64,000 bases of DNA from an uncultured Gemmatimonadaceae bacterium (GCA_963761305.1 CAVXGK010000001.1:1152001-1216000), one strand, 5' to 3'. Shown: positions 26,622 through 36,904, counted from the first letter of the stretch. Numbers and translations are program-made. The notes: a model not told the origin generated them from the letters alone.

Positions 26622-28882
26622 CCGGATTTCATCGCCTGCCCGCCGATGACGTTCGCCGACTGATCGCCACGAGAATGCTCGGCGGGCGAGAGAGCGGTGC
26701 CTCGCGAACGCTCGGCCGGATCACGCTTCGGTCTCATCAGCTCGACGCCGCAGGCCGGCTCATCGCGATGATCGAGCGCGACGGAGGCGCGATGCTCGCC
26801 GAGCCGGTTGGACTCGGCAAGACGTACACCGCGCTCGCCGTCGCCGCGCGCCTCGGAGTCCGGCGAATCGTCGTCGCGATTCCGGCCGCGCTTCGCGAGA
26901 TGTGGCTCGCCGCGATGCGCGAGTGCGACGTGGACGCCTCGCTCGTCACGCACGAGGCGCTGAGTCGATCCGCGTCGTCGATAGTCGAGCCCGAGCTGGT
27001 GATCGTCGACGAGGCGCATCGACTGCGAAATCCGGGTACGAAGCGCTATTCGTCCGTCGCCGATCTCTGCGCGCGAGCGCGCGTTCTACTCGTGACCGCC
27101 ACGCCGGTGCAGAACGCGCGCGACGACCTCGCCGCGCAGCTCGCGTTGTTCCTCGGCCGTGAAGCGTGGGCGCTGAGCGACACGGAGATCGCGCGCTACG
27201 TCGTGCGCGGAGTCCGCGCCGACGCCGGCGAGATGCCACGCCTCGACGGTCCTCACGTCGTGCCGCTCGCGAGCGATGACGATTGCGTCGACGCGCTGCT
27301 CGCATTGCCGCCGCCGGCTCCAGCCAAGGATGAATCGACGGCGGCCGCCCTGCTCCTCTACGGCCTGGTGCACCAATGGACGTCGAGCCGCGCCGCGCTG
27401 GTCGCTGCGCTCGAGCGACGCTTGGCGCGCGGAGTCGCGCTGACGAGCGTTCTCGAGACAGGCCGCTATCCGACGCGCGCCGAGTTGGCCGCGTGGACGT
27501 GGTCCGGCGACGCGCTGCAGCTCGCGTTCCCGGAAATCATGACGCGTGCGACGACGACGGACAACGAGGACGTCGCCGGCTTGCTCGGTGCGGTGCACGC
27601 GCATCAGACCGCCATCGCGTCGCTCGTCGAGCGTCTTCGTCGCGAACCGGATCCTGACGACGCTCGGGCCGCGGCCATCCGGGAGATACGCCGCCGTCAC
27701 ACGCGCGAGCGAATCATCGCGTTTTGTCACTACGCCGAGACAGTGCGCGCGTTCTGGGCGCGGCTCGGTCGCGACGCGGGAGTCGCCGCGCTGACCTCGT
27801 CCGGCGCACGCGTGGCAAGCGGTCGCATCAGCCGAGCGTCGGTCCTCGAGCAATTCACGCCGCGAGCGGGCGGCGGAGACACGCCGCCCGCCGAGCGAAT
27901 CGACCTGCTCATCACCACCGACGTGTTGAGTGAAGGCTTGAACCTGCACGCGGCGTCGGTGGTCGTGCACCTCGACTATCCGTGGAACCCGGCGCGCTTG
28001 GATCAGCGTGTCGGCCGCGTGCGGCGCTTGGGTTCGCGACACGGCACGGTGACGGTGTACGCGCTCGCGCCGCCCGCATCCGGTGAGCGGCTGTTGCGGA
28101 TCGACGAACGGTTGCGCGACAAGCTGCGCGTCGCGGAGCGAACGATCGGCGTCGCCGGTCACATCCTTCCGTCTCTCGTCACGCCGGCGGTCGACCACCG
28201 CGGGAGCGCCGAAGCGGCGAGCGACGTGCGGGCCTCGCTTCGGTGTTGGCTCGACCACGGCTCGAGCATGCCGGCGCGCGCGACCGAAAGCGACGGTGAG
28301 CCCGCGGTCGCCGCCGTCGAGAGTGACGTTGCCGGCCTGCTCGCGCTGATCGTCAAAGGCAACGATTTCCAGCTGGTCGCCGACGTGGGACGCGGCCTAA
28401 ACGCCTCGCCGGCGACGATTCACGCGGCGCTTGGCGCCGCGCGCGGGCCGTCGGGCCGCGTCGACGACGCGGAGATCGGCGACGGCATTCAGCGACTGCA
28501 GCGCTGGCTCGGAGCGCGCTTCGGCGCATCGACCGTCGATCTGCCTTCGGCCACCGCCTCTCCCGCTCGGCGCGTCGCCCTCGCACGCGTGGCGCGCGCG
28601 TTGTCGCGCGCCCCCCGCCATCGACGCGCGCTCCTTGCGCCGCTGGTCCACGCGGCGCGATCGGTGGCCGTCGCGCCGCTCGCCGAAGGCGCGGAGCGCG
28701 TGCTCGACTCGCTCGTCGAATCCGACCTCCCCGACGAAGCATGGCTGCGGTCGATCGCGGCGTTTGGTGAATTGAACGTTCGGCCCGAGTCGGCGCGTCG
28801 CCACGGCACGGAGCGGGGTCGCGTCGTCGCCATGCTTCTTCTCGTCGTGCGGTCGTCTGACCGACCGGACTCGAGGGCGTGA
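26618..28882 (+). CDS. SNF2-like superfamily 2 helicase
   Basis: EPVGLGKT, DEAH, TATP, TDVLSEGLNL, PWNPARLDQRVGRVRR; GTG overlaps the MTase TGA. Confidence 0.92.
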   Translation: MTGFHRLPADDVRRLIATRMLGGRESGASRTLGRITLRSHQLDAAGRLIAMIERDGGAMLAEPVGLGKTYTALAVAARLGVRRIVVAIPAALREMWLAAMRECDVDASLVTHEALSRSASSIVEPELVIVDEAHRLRNPGTKRYSSVADLCARARVLLVTATPVQNARDDLAAQLALFLGREAWALSDTEIARYVVRGVRADAGEMPRLDGPHVVPLASDDDCVDALLALPPPAPAKDESTAAALLLYGLVHQWTSSRAALVAALERRLARGVALTSVLETGRYPTRAELAAWTWSGDALQLAFPEIMTRATTTDNEDVAGLLGAVHAHQTAIASLVERLRREPDPDDARAAAIREIRRRHTRERIIAFCHYAETVRAFWARLGRDAGVAALTSSGARVASGRISRASVLEQFTPRAGGGDTPPAERIDLLITTDVLSEGLNLHAASVVVHLDYPWNPARLDQRVGRVRRLGSRHGTVTVYALAPPASGERLLRIDERLRDKLRVAERTIGVAGHILPSLVTPAVDHRGSAEAASDVRASLRCWLDHGSSMPARATESDGEPAVAAVESDVAGLLALIVKGNDFQLVADVGRGLNASPATIHAALGAARGPSGRVDDAEIGDGIQRLQRWLGARFGASTVDLPSATASPARRVALARVARALSRAPRHRRALLAPLVHAARSVAVAPLAEGAERVLDSLVESDLPDEAWLRSIAAFGELNVRPESARRHGTERGRVVAMLLLVVRSSDRPDSRA

Positions 28883-28948
28883 AGGTTGCGTCTAGTCGAG
28901 CTACCTTTGCGGCCCGCGGTTTGGTCTCATCGATCTCGACTCCCCCGA

Positions 28949-29917
28949 ATGCAATACACGACGCTCGGCAACACCGGCCTCACGGTTTCGCGCCTGTGCC
29001 TCGGCTGCATGACCTACGGCGACCCACGGTGGCGCACCTGGGTGCTCGACGAGGGCGAAGCACAGCCGTTCATCCGTCGCGCGCTCGATCGGGGCATCAA
29101 CTTCTTCGACACGGCGGACATGTACTCGCTCGGCATGAGCGAGGAGGTCACGGGCCGCGCGTTGCGCTCGATGGCGAAGCTCGAGGAGATCGTCATCGCC
29201 ACCAAAGTGTTCTGGCCGATGAGCGACGCGCCGAACAGGAAGGGGTTGTCGCGAAAACACATCGTCCAGTCGTGCGAAGCCAGCTTGCGGCGGCTCGGCG
29301 TCGAGACGATCGATCTGTATCAGATCCATCGCTTTGACCGCTCGACGCCGATCGACGAAACCCTCGGCGCCCTCGAGCATCTCGTGCACCAGGGCAAGGT
29401 GCGTTACATCGGCGCGAGTTCGGGCTACGCGTGGGAGCTGATGCGCGCGCTCAGCGTCTCCGAACGAAACGGGTGGGCGCGATTCGTGTCGATGCAGCCG
29501 CAGTACAACCTGCTCTACCGCGAGGAGGAGCGTGAGATGATCCCGCTCTGCCACGCGGAAGGCCTTGGGCTCATTCCGTGGTCACCGCTGGCGCGCGGCG
29601 TGCTCACTCGTCCGCGCGAAAAGACCAAGGGCTCAACGGTTCGCTCCGACACCGATGTGCACGCCGACCGGCTCTACGCGGACGCCAACTGGGAGATCGT
29701 GGACGTCGTCGAGACGATCGCCGACAAGCGAGGTATCTCGATGGCGCAGGTCGCGCTGGCATGGGTGCTGTCGAAGCCCGACGTCACAGCGCCCATCATC
29801 GGCGCAACGCGCATCGAACATCTCGACGAGGCGTTCGCGGCACTCGAGGTCAACCTCAGCGAGGACGAGATCAAAGCTCTCGAGTCGCCGTACACGCCAA
29901 AGGCGGTCAACTTCTAG
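28949..29917 (+). CDS. Aldo/keto reductase
   Basis: LCLGCMTYG, FFDTADMYS, IDLYQIHR, PWSPLARG. Confidence 0.96.
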   Translation: MQYTTLGNTGLTVSRLCLGCMTYGDPRWRTWVLDEGEAQPFIRRALDRGINFFDTADMYSLGMSEEVTGRALRSMAKLEEIVIATKVFWPMSDAPNRKGLSRKHIVQSCEASLRRLGVETIDLYQIHRFDRSTPIDETLGALEHLVHQGKVRYIGASSGYAWELMRALSVSERNGWARFVSMQPQYNLLYREEEREMIPLCHAEGLGLIPWSPLARGVLTRPREKTKGSTVRSDTDVHADRLYADANWEIVDVVETIADKRGISMAQVALAWVLSKPDVTAPIIGATRIEHLDEAFAALEVNLSEDEIKALESPYTPKAVNF

Positions 29918-29932
29918 CGTCGGCCGGCGGCT

Positions 29933-30427
29933 CTACTCCTCGAGGGCGGGTTCGTACTCTGAATGACCGCGCGGCTTTTCGTGCTGCTCGAGCATGCGCG
30001 CGCACGTGTTCCAGCGCAGGATCGCTTCGTCGTTGCCGGCGGGCCGGATTTTTTCCGCTTTCTCGTACCAGGTCATCGCTTCGCGAAACCACTCCGCGGC
30101 GACCTGCGACGAGCCTAGCGCTCCGCGATGTAATTGCGCACGCGCGCGACGCTCGCAGATGATGCCCGAGTAGTAGAGCCGTTCGTATTCGTCCTCGAGT
30201 CGCGGCAGCACCTCGCGCGCGCGACTCACGCCGCCCGCCATGTCCTCGGCGAACTGGTCGGTGATCGACAACAACAACGAGATCAGCGCTGCCTGATTCT
30301 TCGGATCGATCGCCAGCACGTCGAGGCAAATGCTTTCGGCGGCCGACGACTCGTTGAGCAGCCGATAGCGTTCCGCCTTTTCCAGGGCGGCTGGAATGCC
30401 TTCGCGAGTGATCGGTTTGAGTTGCAC
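29933..30427 (-). CDS. Helical (TPR-like) hypothetical protein
   Basis: ALEKAERYRLLN, YYSGIICERRA, AILRWNTCAR; normal codon pattern. Confidence 0.75.
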   Translation of the reverse strand: MQLKPITREGIPAALEKAERYRLLNESSAAESICLDVLAIDPKNQAALISLLLSITDQFAEDMAGGVSRAREVLPRLEDEYERLYYSGIICERRARAQLHRGALGSSQVAAEWFREAMTWYEKAEKIRPAGNDEAILRWNTCARMLEQHEKPRGHSEYEPALEE

Positions 30428-30470
30428 GAGTCTAGTGGCGCAACGCCGCGCGTGAAGCCATCTCTAAGGT

Positions 30471-30842
30471 ATGACGGAGGCTCGGCCCGAGCCATCGCTC
30501 GCGGATCTCTGGCGGCGTCTCGCCCGCCAAGCGACGGACACTCAGCTGGCCGTCTGCGCTGCGCTGCTGCCCGTCACGATCGGCGCGTGCATCGTCGTCG
30601 CACTCGCCCGTCCGCAGTGGACGCTGCGCTGGTGGCCTATCACTGCCCTGCCGTTGCTCGTCGCCGCATTTGGGATCTGGGGAATCGGCGATCGCGAGCT
30701 CACCACGTCTGGGGCCGGCGCGTCGCGGACACGATGGGGATGGCGGTCAATCGAGGCCGCCGCATTTGGGATCGCAGTTCTGTCCGCCGCCGTGATCGCC
30801 TTGTGGTTCCTGGTCCGCGTGGTCGGAACCTGGATCAGTTAG
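30471..30842 (+). CDS. Hypothetical membrane protein
   Basis: Three hydrophobic segments; fills the gap between neighbours. Confidence 0.6.
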   Translation: MTEARPEPSLADLWRRLARQATDTQLAVCAALLPVTIGACIVVALARPQWTLRWWPITALPLLVAAFGIWGIGDRELTTSGAGASRTRWGWRSIEAAAFGIAVLSAAVIALWFLVRVVGTWIS

Positions 30843-31225
30843 ATATTCCGCACCTGAATGCCCATCTTGCGCGCGGCGGCCCCGAGCTTGACGTCGTACG
30901 TCGCCAACTCGATGTGCTGTCCTTGCGATCGCAAGAAATCCATCGATGCAAGGTGCAGCGCGTCCAGCGTGCGCACCGGTGCTGAGAACGTCTCGAGCGC
31001 GCGCAGGAGAACCGGACGGGCCAACTCGAGAAAGGCGATGCGCGCCGTCAATTCGCCGATCTGCGCCGCATGTGATGCGCCGAGGCCACGCGCGTTCGCC
31101 CGCGTCCACAACTCGAACTCGAGAAGCCGACTGGAGACCAGCGGCTCCGACCATAGTGATGGCGCTGGCGTTCGGTCTTCGGCAAACAGCTGCGCCAGCG
31201 CCACCGAGGTGTCGAGATAGATCAT
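30839..31225 (-). CDS. PIN-domain (VapC) toxin
   Basis: MIYLDTS, RTLDALHLAS, TYD. Confidence 0.93.
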   Translation of the reverse strand: MIYLDTSVALAQLFAEDRTPAPSLWSEPLVSSRLLEFELWTRANARGLGASHAAQIGELTARIAFLELARPVLLRALETFSAPVRTLDALHLASMDFLRSQGQHIELATYDVKLGAAARKMGIQVRNI

Positions 31226-31512
31226 CGATCGCCCCGATCGTCGGCCAATTCCTGGAGCAACTGTGCGAGCGGGGCGATGGGCGAACGCGGCGGTGCACCG
31301 GCCGCGACCATGGTGGGCGGCGTGACCCACCCTTGCCGCACCGCCTCGGCCAGTTGGGCATCGGCCAGCCAGGCGCTGCGCCCTTCGCGCGGCGGAACCA
31401 GTTCGGCGACGACGCGATCGCGGTCGGTGATCAGCACGGTCTCCCCCCCCGCGACGAGCCGGACGTATTCGCTGAGCTTGTTCTTGAGGATCTTGAGGCC
31501 GACGGCTCGCAT
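31222..31512 (-). CDS. Phd/YefM antitoxin
   Basis: LKNKLSEYVRLVAGGETVLITDRDRVVAELVP; ATGA coupling to the toxin. Confidence 0.92.
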   Translation of the reverse strand: MRAVGLKILKNKLSEYVRLVAGGETVLITDRDRVVAELVPPREGRSAWLADAQLAEAVRQGWVTPPTMVAAGAPPRSPIAPLAQLLQELADDRGDR

Positions 31513-31520
31513 GCCATAAA

Positions 31521-31538
31521 GTAGCTCCCAGAAGCTAC
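31521..31538. promoter_or_regulatory. TA autorepression operator GTAGCT-N6-AGCTAC
   Basis: Perfect inverted repeat 8 bp upstream of the antitoxin start. Confidence 0.65.
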
Positions 31539-31694
31539 CTTCGTCAACCCTAGAAATAACTGGAGGAGCGCCGCGCGGGTGTGCCATGCGGCCCAATCTA
31601 GGGATTTGGCGACAGCCGTCCACCATTGATCGTTTGCGAGGCGGACCAGTCTTCCGCGAGCCCGGTCGGCTACCGACGCCGCGCGTGACGACCG

Positions 31695-32531
31695 CTACGT
31701 ATCTCCGCGCCGCCGCCTGCTGTAGATCTTCACCAGCTTACCGATCGGATCGAAGAACTCGTCGACCACGCGCTCCTTGAGCGGGATGATCGCGTTGTCG
31801 GTGATCGTGATGTGCTCCGGGCACACCTTGGTGCAACACTTGGTGATGTTGCAGTAGCCGATGCCGTGTTCCTTGCGCAACGCGGGAACGCGATCGGCGA
31901 CGTCGAGCGGATGCATCTCCAACGCCGCGGCGTACACCAGGAAGCGCGGTCCGATGAACTCGTCGTGCTTCTGGTGGTCGCGCAGGACGTGGCACACGTC
32001 CTGGCACAGGAAGCACTCGATGCACTTCCGGAACTCCTGCACGCGATCCACGTCCTGCTGATTCATTCGCCACGTGCCGTCCACGGCATCGGGCGGCCGC
32101 GGCGTGAACCGCTGGATTTTCTTCTTCACCTCGAAGTTCCACGACACGTCGGTCACGAGATCGCGCACGTGCGGAAAGGCGCGCATCGGCTCGATCGTCA
32201 CCGGCTTCGTCGAATCGAGATCCGACAGCCGCGTCATGCACATCAGCTTCGGCATGCCGTTGATTTCCGCCGAGCACGAACCGCACTTGCCGGCCTTGCA
32301 GTTCCAGCGGCAGGCGAGGTCGTTCGCCTGCGACGACTGGATCTCGTGCACCGCGTCGAGCACGACCATGCCTTCGACGACGTCCTGCTTGTACTCGACG
32401 AAGTCGCCCTTCCCCTGTTCGCCGCGCCAGATCTTGAACGTGCGGACGTCGTGCTTGGCCGATGCGTCCTGCGCCGCCTGCGCGGCGGTGAATGCGTCTT
32501 TGGGTTTCGTTTCACTGACCGTCGGCGCCAT
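31695..32531 (-). CDS. sdhB: Succinate dehydrogenase/fumarate reductase Fe-S subunit
   Basis: CKAGKCGSC, CIECFLCQDVC, CNITKCCTKVCP. Confidence 0.96.
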   Translation of the reverse strand: MAPTVSETKPKDAFTAAQAAQDASAKHDVRTFKIWRGEQGKGDFVEYKQDVVEGMVVLDAVHEIQSSQANDLACRWNCKAGKCGSCSAEINGMPKLMCMTRLSDLDSTKPVTIEPMRAFPHVRDLVTDVSWNFEVKKKIQRFTPRPPDAVDGTWRMNQQDVDRVQEFRKCIECFLCQDVCHVLRDHQKHDEFIGPRFLVYAAALEMHPLDVADRVPALRKEHGIGYCNITKCCTKVCPEHITITDNAIIPLKERVVDEFFDPIGKLVKIYSRRRRGDT

Positions 32532-34346
32532 CTATTTCATCTCCTCGATCACTGCCTGAAGGTGTTCGGGCATCGGTGGAATCGGCTCGCGCGACAGCTG
32601 CATGTTGCCGTCGCGATCCTTGCGCACCACGAGATTGAACGTCGCGTACGACGGATCCTTGTCCGGATAGTCGTCCCGGAAATGACCGCCGCGACTTTCC
32701 TTCCGCTCGATCGCGCACCGCGTGATCGCTTCGGACACAGTGAGCAGGTTGGTGAGGTCGAGCGCCGTGTGCCAACCGGGATTGTACTCGCGGTTCCCGG
32801 GCACGCGCACTCGGTCGGCCCGTCGCTTGAGATCGCCGAGCGCCTTGAGCGCGAACTCCATCTGATCCTGCGCGCGCACGATGTTCACGTTGTCCTGCAT
32901 GATCTCTTGCAGCGCCTCCTGCACCTGATACGGCCCTTCGCCGCCGTCCGCTCGCTCGAATGGCGCGAGCGCCGTGCGCTCGGCCGCGGCCACCGCGTTC
33001 TTGTCGATCGACACGGCGCCGTTCGACTTGGCGAACTTGGCCGCGTGCTCACCCGCACGCTTGCCGAACACGATGAGGTCCGACAGCGAGTTTCCGCCGA
33101 GCCGGTTCGCGCCGTGCAGGCCGGCGCCGCACTCGCCCGCGGCGAACAGCCCGGGCACGGTCGACATCTGCGTGTCACCCTCGACGCGAATGCCGCCCAT
33201 GATGTAGTGCGTCGTCGGACCGATTTCCATCGGCTCCTTGGTGATGTCGATCCCCGCCAGCTGCATGAACTGGTGATACATGCTCGGCAGCTTGCGCTTG
33301 ATGTGCTCTTCGGCGTTCGGGAGCTTCTCCTTGATCCACGAAATGTCGAGGAAGACGCCGCCGTGCGGTGAGCCGCGGCCTTCGCGCACCTCGCGCACGA
33401 TCATGCGCGCCACGTGGTCGCGGGTGAGCAGTTCCGGCGGGCGACGCGAGTTCTTGTCGCCCTGCGTGTACTTCCAGCCTTCCTCGGGAGTGTCGGACGT
33501 CTGGGACTTATAGTTGTCCGGGATGTTCTCGAACATGAATCGCTTGCCGTCGCGATTCTTGAGCACTCCGCCCTCGCCGCGCACACCTTCCGTGACGAGA
33601 ATGCCGCGCACGCTCGGCGGCCAGATCATTCCCGTGGGATGGAACTGCACGAACTCCATGTCCTGGAGCGCCGCGCCGGCGTGATAGGCGAGCGAGTGAC
33701 CGTCGCCCGTGTACTCCCAGCTGTTCGACGTGATCTTGAACGCGCGACCGACGCCGCCCGTCGCCAGCACGACCGCCTTCGACTTGAAGACTTTGAACCG
33801 CCCGCGCTCGCGATCGTACGCGAATGCGCCGACGACGCGATCGCCGTCCTTGAGCAGCGTGACGACCGTGCACTCCATGTGCACGTCTACGCCCTGATGC
33901 ACGCCGTGATCCTGCAGCGTGCGAATCAGCTCGAGTCCGGTGCGGTCGCCGACGTGCGCGAGCCGCGGATAGCGATGGCCGCCGAAATTGCGCTGGAGGA
34001 TTCGGCCGTCGGGCGTGCGGTCGAACAGCGCGCCCCACGCCTCGAGCTCCTTCACGCGCTCGGGCGCTTCCTTGGCGTGCAGCTCGGCCATCCGCCAATT
34101 GTTGATGTACTGGCCGCCGCGCATGGTGTCGGCAAAGTGCACGCGCCAGTTGTCGCGGTCGTCGACGTTGCCCATCGCCGCGGCCATGCCACCTTCGGCC
34201 ATCACCGTGTGCGCCTTGCCGAGCAGCGACTTGCACACGAGACCCACGCGCGCACCGTTCGTCGACGCTTCGATCGCCGCGCGAAGACCCGCGCCTCCGG
34301 CGCCGATCACCAGCACGTCGTGTTCGATCGTCTGGATCTCGCTCAT
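32532..34346 (-). CDS. sdhA: Succinate dehydrogenase/fumarate reductase flavoprotein
   Basis: GAGGAG, KAHTVMAEGG, QFHPT, HYIMGG, HGANRLGGNSL, ESRGGH. Confidence 0.97.
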   Translation of the reverse strand: MSEIQTIEHDVLVIGAGGAGLRAAIEASTNGARVGLVCKSLLGKAHTVMAEGGMAAAMGNVDDRDNWRVHFADTMRGGQYINNWRMAELHAKEAPERVKELEAWGALFDRTPDGRILQRNFGGHRYPRLAHVGDRTGLELIRTLQDHGVHQGVDVHMECTVVTLLKDGDRVVGAFAYDRERGRFKVFKSKAVVLATGGVGRAFKITSNSWEYTGDGHSLAYHAGAALQDMEFVQFHPTGMIWPPSVRGILVTEGVRGEGGVLKNRDGKRFMFENIPDNYKSQTSDTPEEGWKYTQGDKNSRRPPELLTRDHVARMIVREVREGRGSPHGGVFLDISWIKEKLPNAEEHIKRKLPSMYHQFMQLAGIDITKEPMEIGPTTHYIMGGIRVEGDTQMSTVPGLFAAGECGAGLHGANRLGGNSLSDLIVFGKRAGEHAAKFAKSNGAVSIDKNAVAAAERTALAPFERADGGEGPYQVQEALQEIMQDNVNIVRAQDQMEFALKALGDLKRRADRVRVPGNREYNPGWHTALDLTNLLTVSEAITRCAIERKESRGGHFRDDYPDKDPSYATFNLVVRKDRDGNMQLSREPIPPMPEHLQAVIEEMK

Positions 34347-34380
34347 CGCAAACCACGACCGGCGCAGGGAGCCACATACC

Positions 34381-35181
34381 TCATAGCAACCTCCAGTCGT
34401 GCCAGACGCCCATCGAGCACATGCGGACGTAGAGATCCGAGAAGGCCACGCCGATGAGGCTCATCCACGCCCACTTCATGTGCCAGCGATTCAGGCAGCT
34501 CGAGCAGTCGTACGCGACCTTACGCACGGGATGCCGCGAGAGCTGGTCGAGAAACCCGCCGACAATGTGGCGCATCGAGTGGCAGCCGAGCGTGTAGCAG
34601 GTGAGCAGCGACACGTTGAGCGCCAGCACCAGCGTCCCCACGCCAATCCCGAACTTCACGCCGCCCACGCCGTCGCTGAACCAGAGCGCCTCCCACACGT
34701 CGCGCGCCAGGAAGAACAAGAACGCCACCGCGATATATAGGAAGTAGCGGTGGATGTTCTGGATGATGAGCGGGAAGTACCGCTCACCCAAATAGCTCTT
34801 CCGCGGCTCCCCGACCGCGCAGTTCGGCGGATCGGCCCAGAACGCCTTGTAGTATGCGCCGCGGTAGTAGTAGCACGTGACCCGGAACAACCCGGGAAAC
34901 GGCAGGATGATTAGCGCCGGTGAGAACGGGGCGAACGCCGGCCACCACGTGGGCTTGGGGCCGAACCACGCGTGCGGCGAATCGCCGAAGATCTCCGGCG
35001 AATAAAACGGTGAGAGATACGGGCCGTACGTGTAGTGGGCGTTCTGGAACGCGGCCCACGTCGCATACACGACGAAGCCGCCGAGGAGCGTGAAAACGAC
35101 GAGGGGCTGAAGCCACCATGCGTCGCGCCGCTGGGTTTCACCGAAGCCGCGGTGAAGGAGCGGGAGCGGTGCATGCGCCAT
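34381..35181 (-). CDS. Sdh membrane anchor, actinobacterial Sdh1 (Rv0249c-like) type
   Basis: FRVTCYYYRGAYYKAFW, QNIHRY, GCHSMRH, WHMKWAW. Confidence 0.85.
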   Translation of the reverse strand: MAHAPLPLLHRGFGETQRRDAWWLQPLVVFTLLGGFVVYATWAAFQNAHYTYGPYLSPFYSPEIFGDSPHAWFGPKPTWWPAFAPFSPALIILPFPGLFRVTCYYYRGAYYKAFWADPPNCAVGEPRKSYLGERYFPLIIQNIHRYFLYIAVAFLFFLARDVWEALWFSDGVGGVKFGIGVGTLVLALNVSLLTCYTLGCHSMRHIVGGFLDQLSRHPVRKVAYDCSSCLNRWHMKWAWMSLIGVAFSDLYVRMCSMGVWHDWRLL

Positions 35182-35308
35182 TGATTTCTGGGGTTGAAAG
35201 GAAAGAAGCGACGCCGAACGGAATGTATCGCGGTCCAGGTGCCAAACGCGCGGGAAATCGACTGCGGGCGCACGACAGCGTCAATGCCTTGCGTGTCGCT
35301 CATCGATC

Positions 35309-36157
35309 TCACGGCGGGGGTCGATCGCCGGTGTCGAACACGAACGGAAACTCGACGAGCTGCGCGACCGGACACCCGCGGATGGTGGCGGCGTTGAAGG
35401 TCTGCGCGCCCAGAGCGACGATCGCCGCGCGAGCGAACTCGAACGACGTCGCGCGTACGAGCTCCACGGTTTCGAGCGCCGGCTTCCCATCGCGATCGAC
35501 GATGAACCGCAGGACCACTTCGCCGTGATCGAAACCGGCGTTGAGCGCACCCGCCGGAAATGCCGGGCGCTGTCGGCTCAACGGACTCGCGTCGCGGACA
35601 CGCACGCGTGGAAAAACGCCTTGCGCGATGCGTCGCGCCTGGTCGATGGAATCGGTGGAAATTCGAACTTCGAGCCGCCACTGGTCCCCCGACTCGGGCC
35701 TCAACGCTCTTCCGGCCCGGGCGGCCGAGCGAATCGCCGTTACGACCGCGGAGTCGAATCCCGGCAAAAGCGAAGAGCGAAGAACGCGTGGTCCATCCGT
35801 CGAACCCCTGTCCGTCAACTCGACGCGATAATCCCCAAGAATGCTCGCTACGCGCGGGACACCGACGCTATCCCCCGCTGAGGAGATCCGCAGACCGCGA
35901 ACGAGCGATGGCCCATCGAACACCGACAGCCGGAACGGGCGCGGCGCGACGAAGAACCGCGAGATCCGCGACTCCAGCAGATCGCGCCGTTCGGGCGACA
36001 TCCAGTCTCCATCCAGCTGCGCGACGGAGACGAAGATCGCGGTCGCCACGGAATCGACGGCGGCGGCGTGGGCGACGATCGAATCGCATCGCGCGCTGTC
36101 CGGGCGCGACTGGCCCGCGAGACGCCGAACCGGCGACGCCGAGCAGAGCCATCGCAA
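35309..36157 (-). CDS. TonB C-terminal domain protein
   Basis: PAFP...GEVVLRFIVDRDGK...FNAATIRGCPVAQLVEFPFVF; start uncertain. Confidence 0.75.
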   Translation of the reverse strand: MRWLCSASPVRRLAGQSRPDSARCDSIVAHAAAVDSVATAIFVSVAQLDGDWMSPERRDLLESRISRFFVAPRPFRLSVFDGPSLVRGLRISSAGDSVGVPRVASILGDYRVELTDRGSTDGPRVLRSSLLPGFDSAVVTAIRSAARAGRALRPESGDQWRLEVRISTDSIDQARRIAQGVFPRVRVRDASPLSRQRPAFPAGALNAGFDHGEVVLRFIVDRDGKPALETVELVRATSFEFARAAIVALGAQTFNAATIRGCPVAQLVEFPFVFDTGDRPPP

Positions 36158-36199
36158 TAGCTCCCGAAGTCGCCACCGCGCGCACCACGTCGGGTACTC

Positions 36200-36904
36200 T
36201 CATCTGCCGGCGGCGACTCCTCGCCATTCGCCGGTCACGCGCGCCGACTTGACGTAATCGAGCTTGGGAAACGCACGCGTGAGATACGCGTTCCCTTGCC
36301 GGTTGATAGAATCCTGCGACGGTCCCTGCCCGCGGCCGCCGGGGCGAGCGGCTTCACCATAGCCTGAGTAGAGCGAGTCCACGACCTGCATTCCCGTGAT
36401 CACCTCGGCGATCGGTGGAAAGCCGAAACCGTTCAGCGTGTCGAGCCGCGCGTTGTCTTTGAGATTGATGTAGAGCTGCGTCGATCGCGTGCCCGGACCG
36501 CCGCGCGCATACGAGATCGTGCCGCGCGCGTTGGTGTGCTTGACCGGTTCGTCGGCGATCGCGCGAATTCGCCACGCCGAGGTGAGCCGCGGATCGGCCG
36601 CGAGCCCGAACTGTGCGACGAAGTCCTTCACGACTCGAAAGAACCGCGCGCCGTCGTAGTAGCGGTCGCGCACCAGCGTGTAAAAGCGATCGACGCCGTT
36701 CGGCGCCCACGCCTTGCGCGCCATCACGTCGAACGCGCCGCCACTCGTCTCGAATCGCACGACGAAGCTGTCCGGCACCGCGACGTCGAGATCGCCTCGT
36801 CTGTTGGGGCCGCGCGCGAGACACCCGCTGGCGATCGCGATCGTGCTCAACCCGGCGATCGCCAATCGACGTCCCGCTTCTCGGCAACGCTGCGGCACGG
36901 TCAC
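36200..36904 (-). CDS. Cyclophilin-type peptidyl-prolyl isomerase
   Basis: YYDGARFFRVVKDFVAQFG, NARGTISYA, RSTQLYINL; GTG overlaps the upstream stop. Confidence 0.92.
   Translation of the reverse strand: MTVPQRCREAGRRLAIAGLSTIAIASGCLARGPNRRGDLDVAVPDSFVVRFETSGGAFDVMARKAWAPNGVDRFYTLVRDRYYDGARFFRVVKDFVAQFGLAADPRLTSAWRIRAIADEPVKHTNARGTISYARGGPGTRSTQLYINLKDNARLDTLNGFGFPPIAEVITGMQVVDSLYSGYGEAARPGGRGQGPSQDSINRQGNAYLTRAFPKLDYVKSARVTGEWRGVAAGR

Noticed and set aside
23421..28882. Complete DISARM or BREX system
   Set aside because: No DrmA/DrmB (DUF1998)/DrmC, PglZ or BrxC partners are adjacent.
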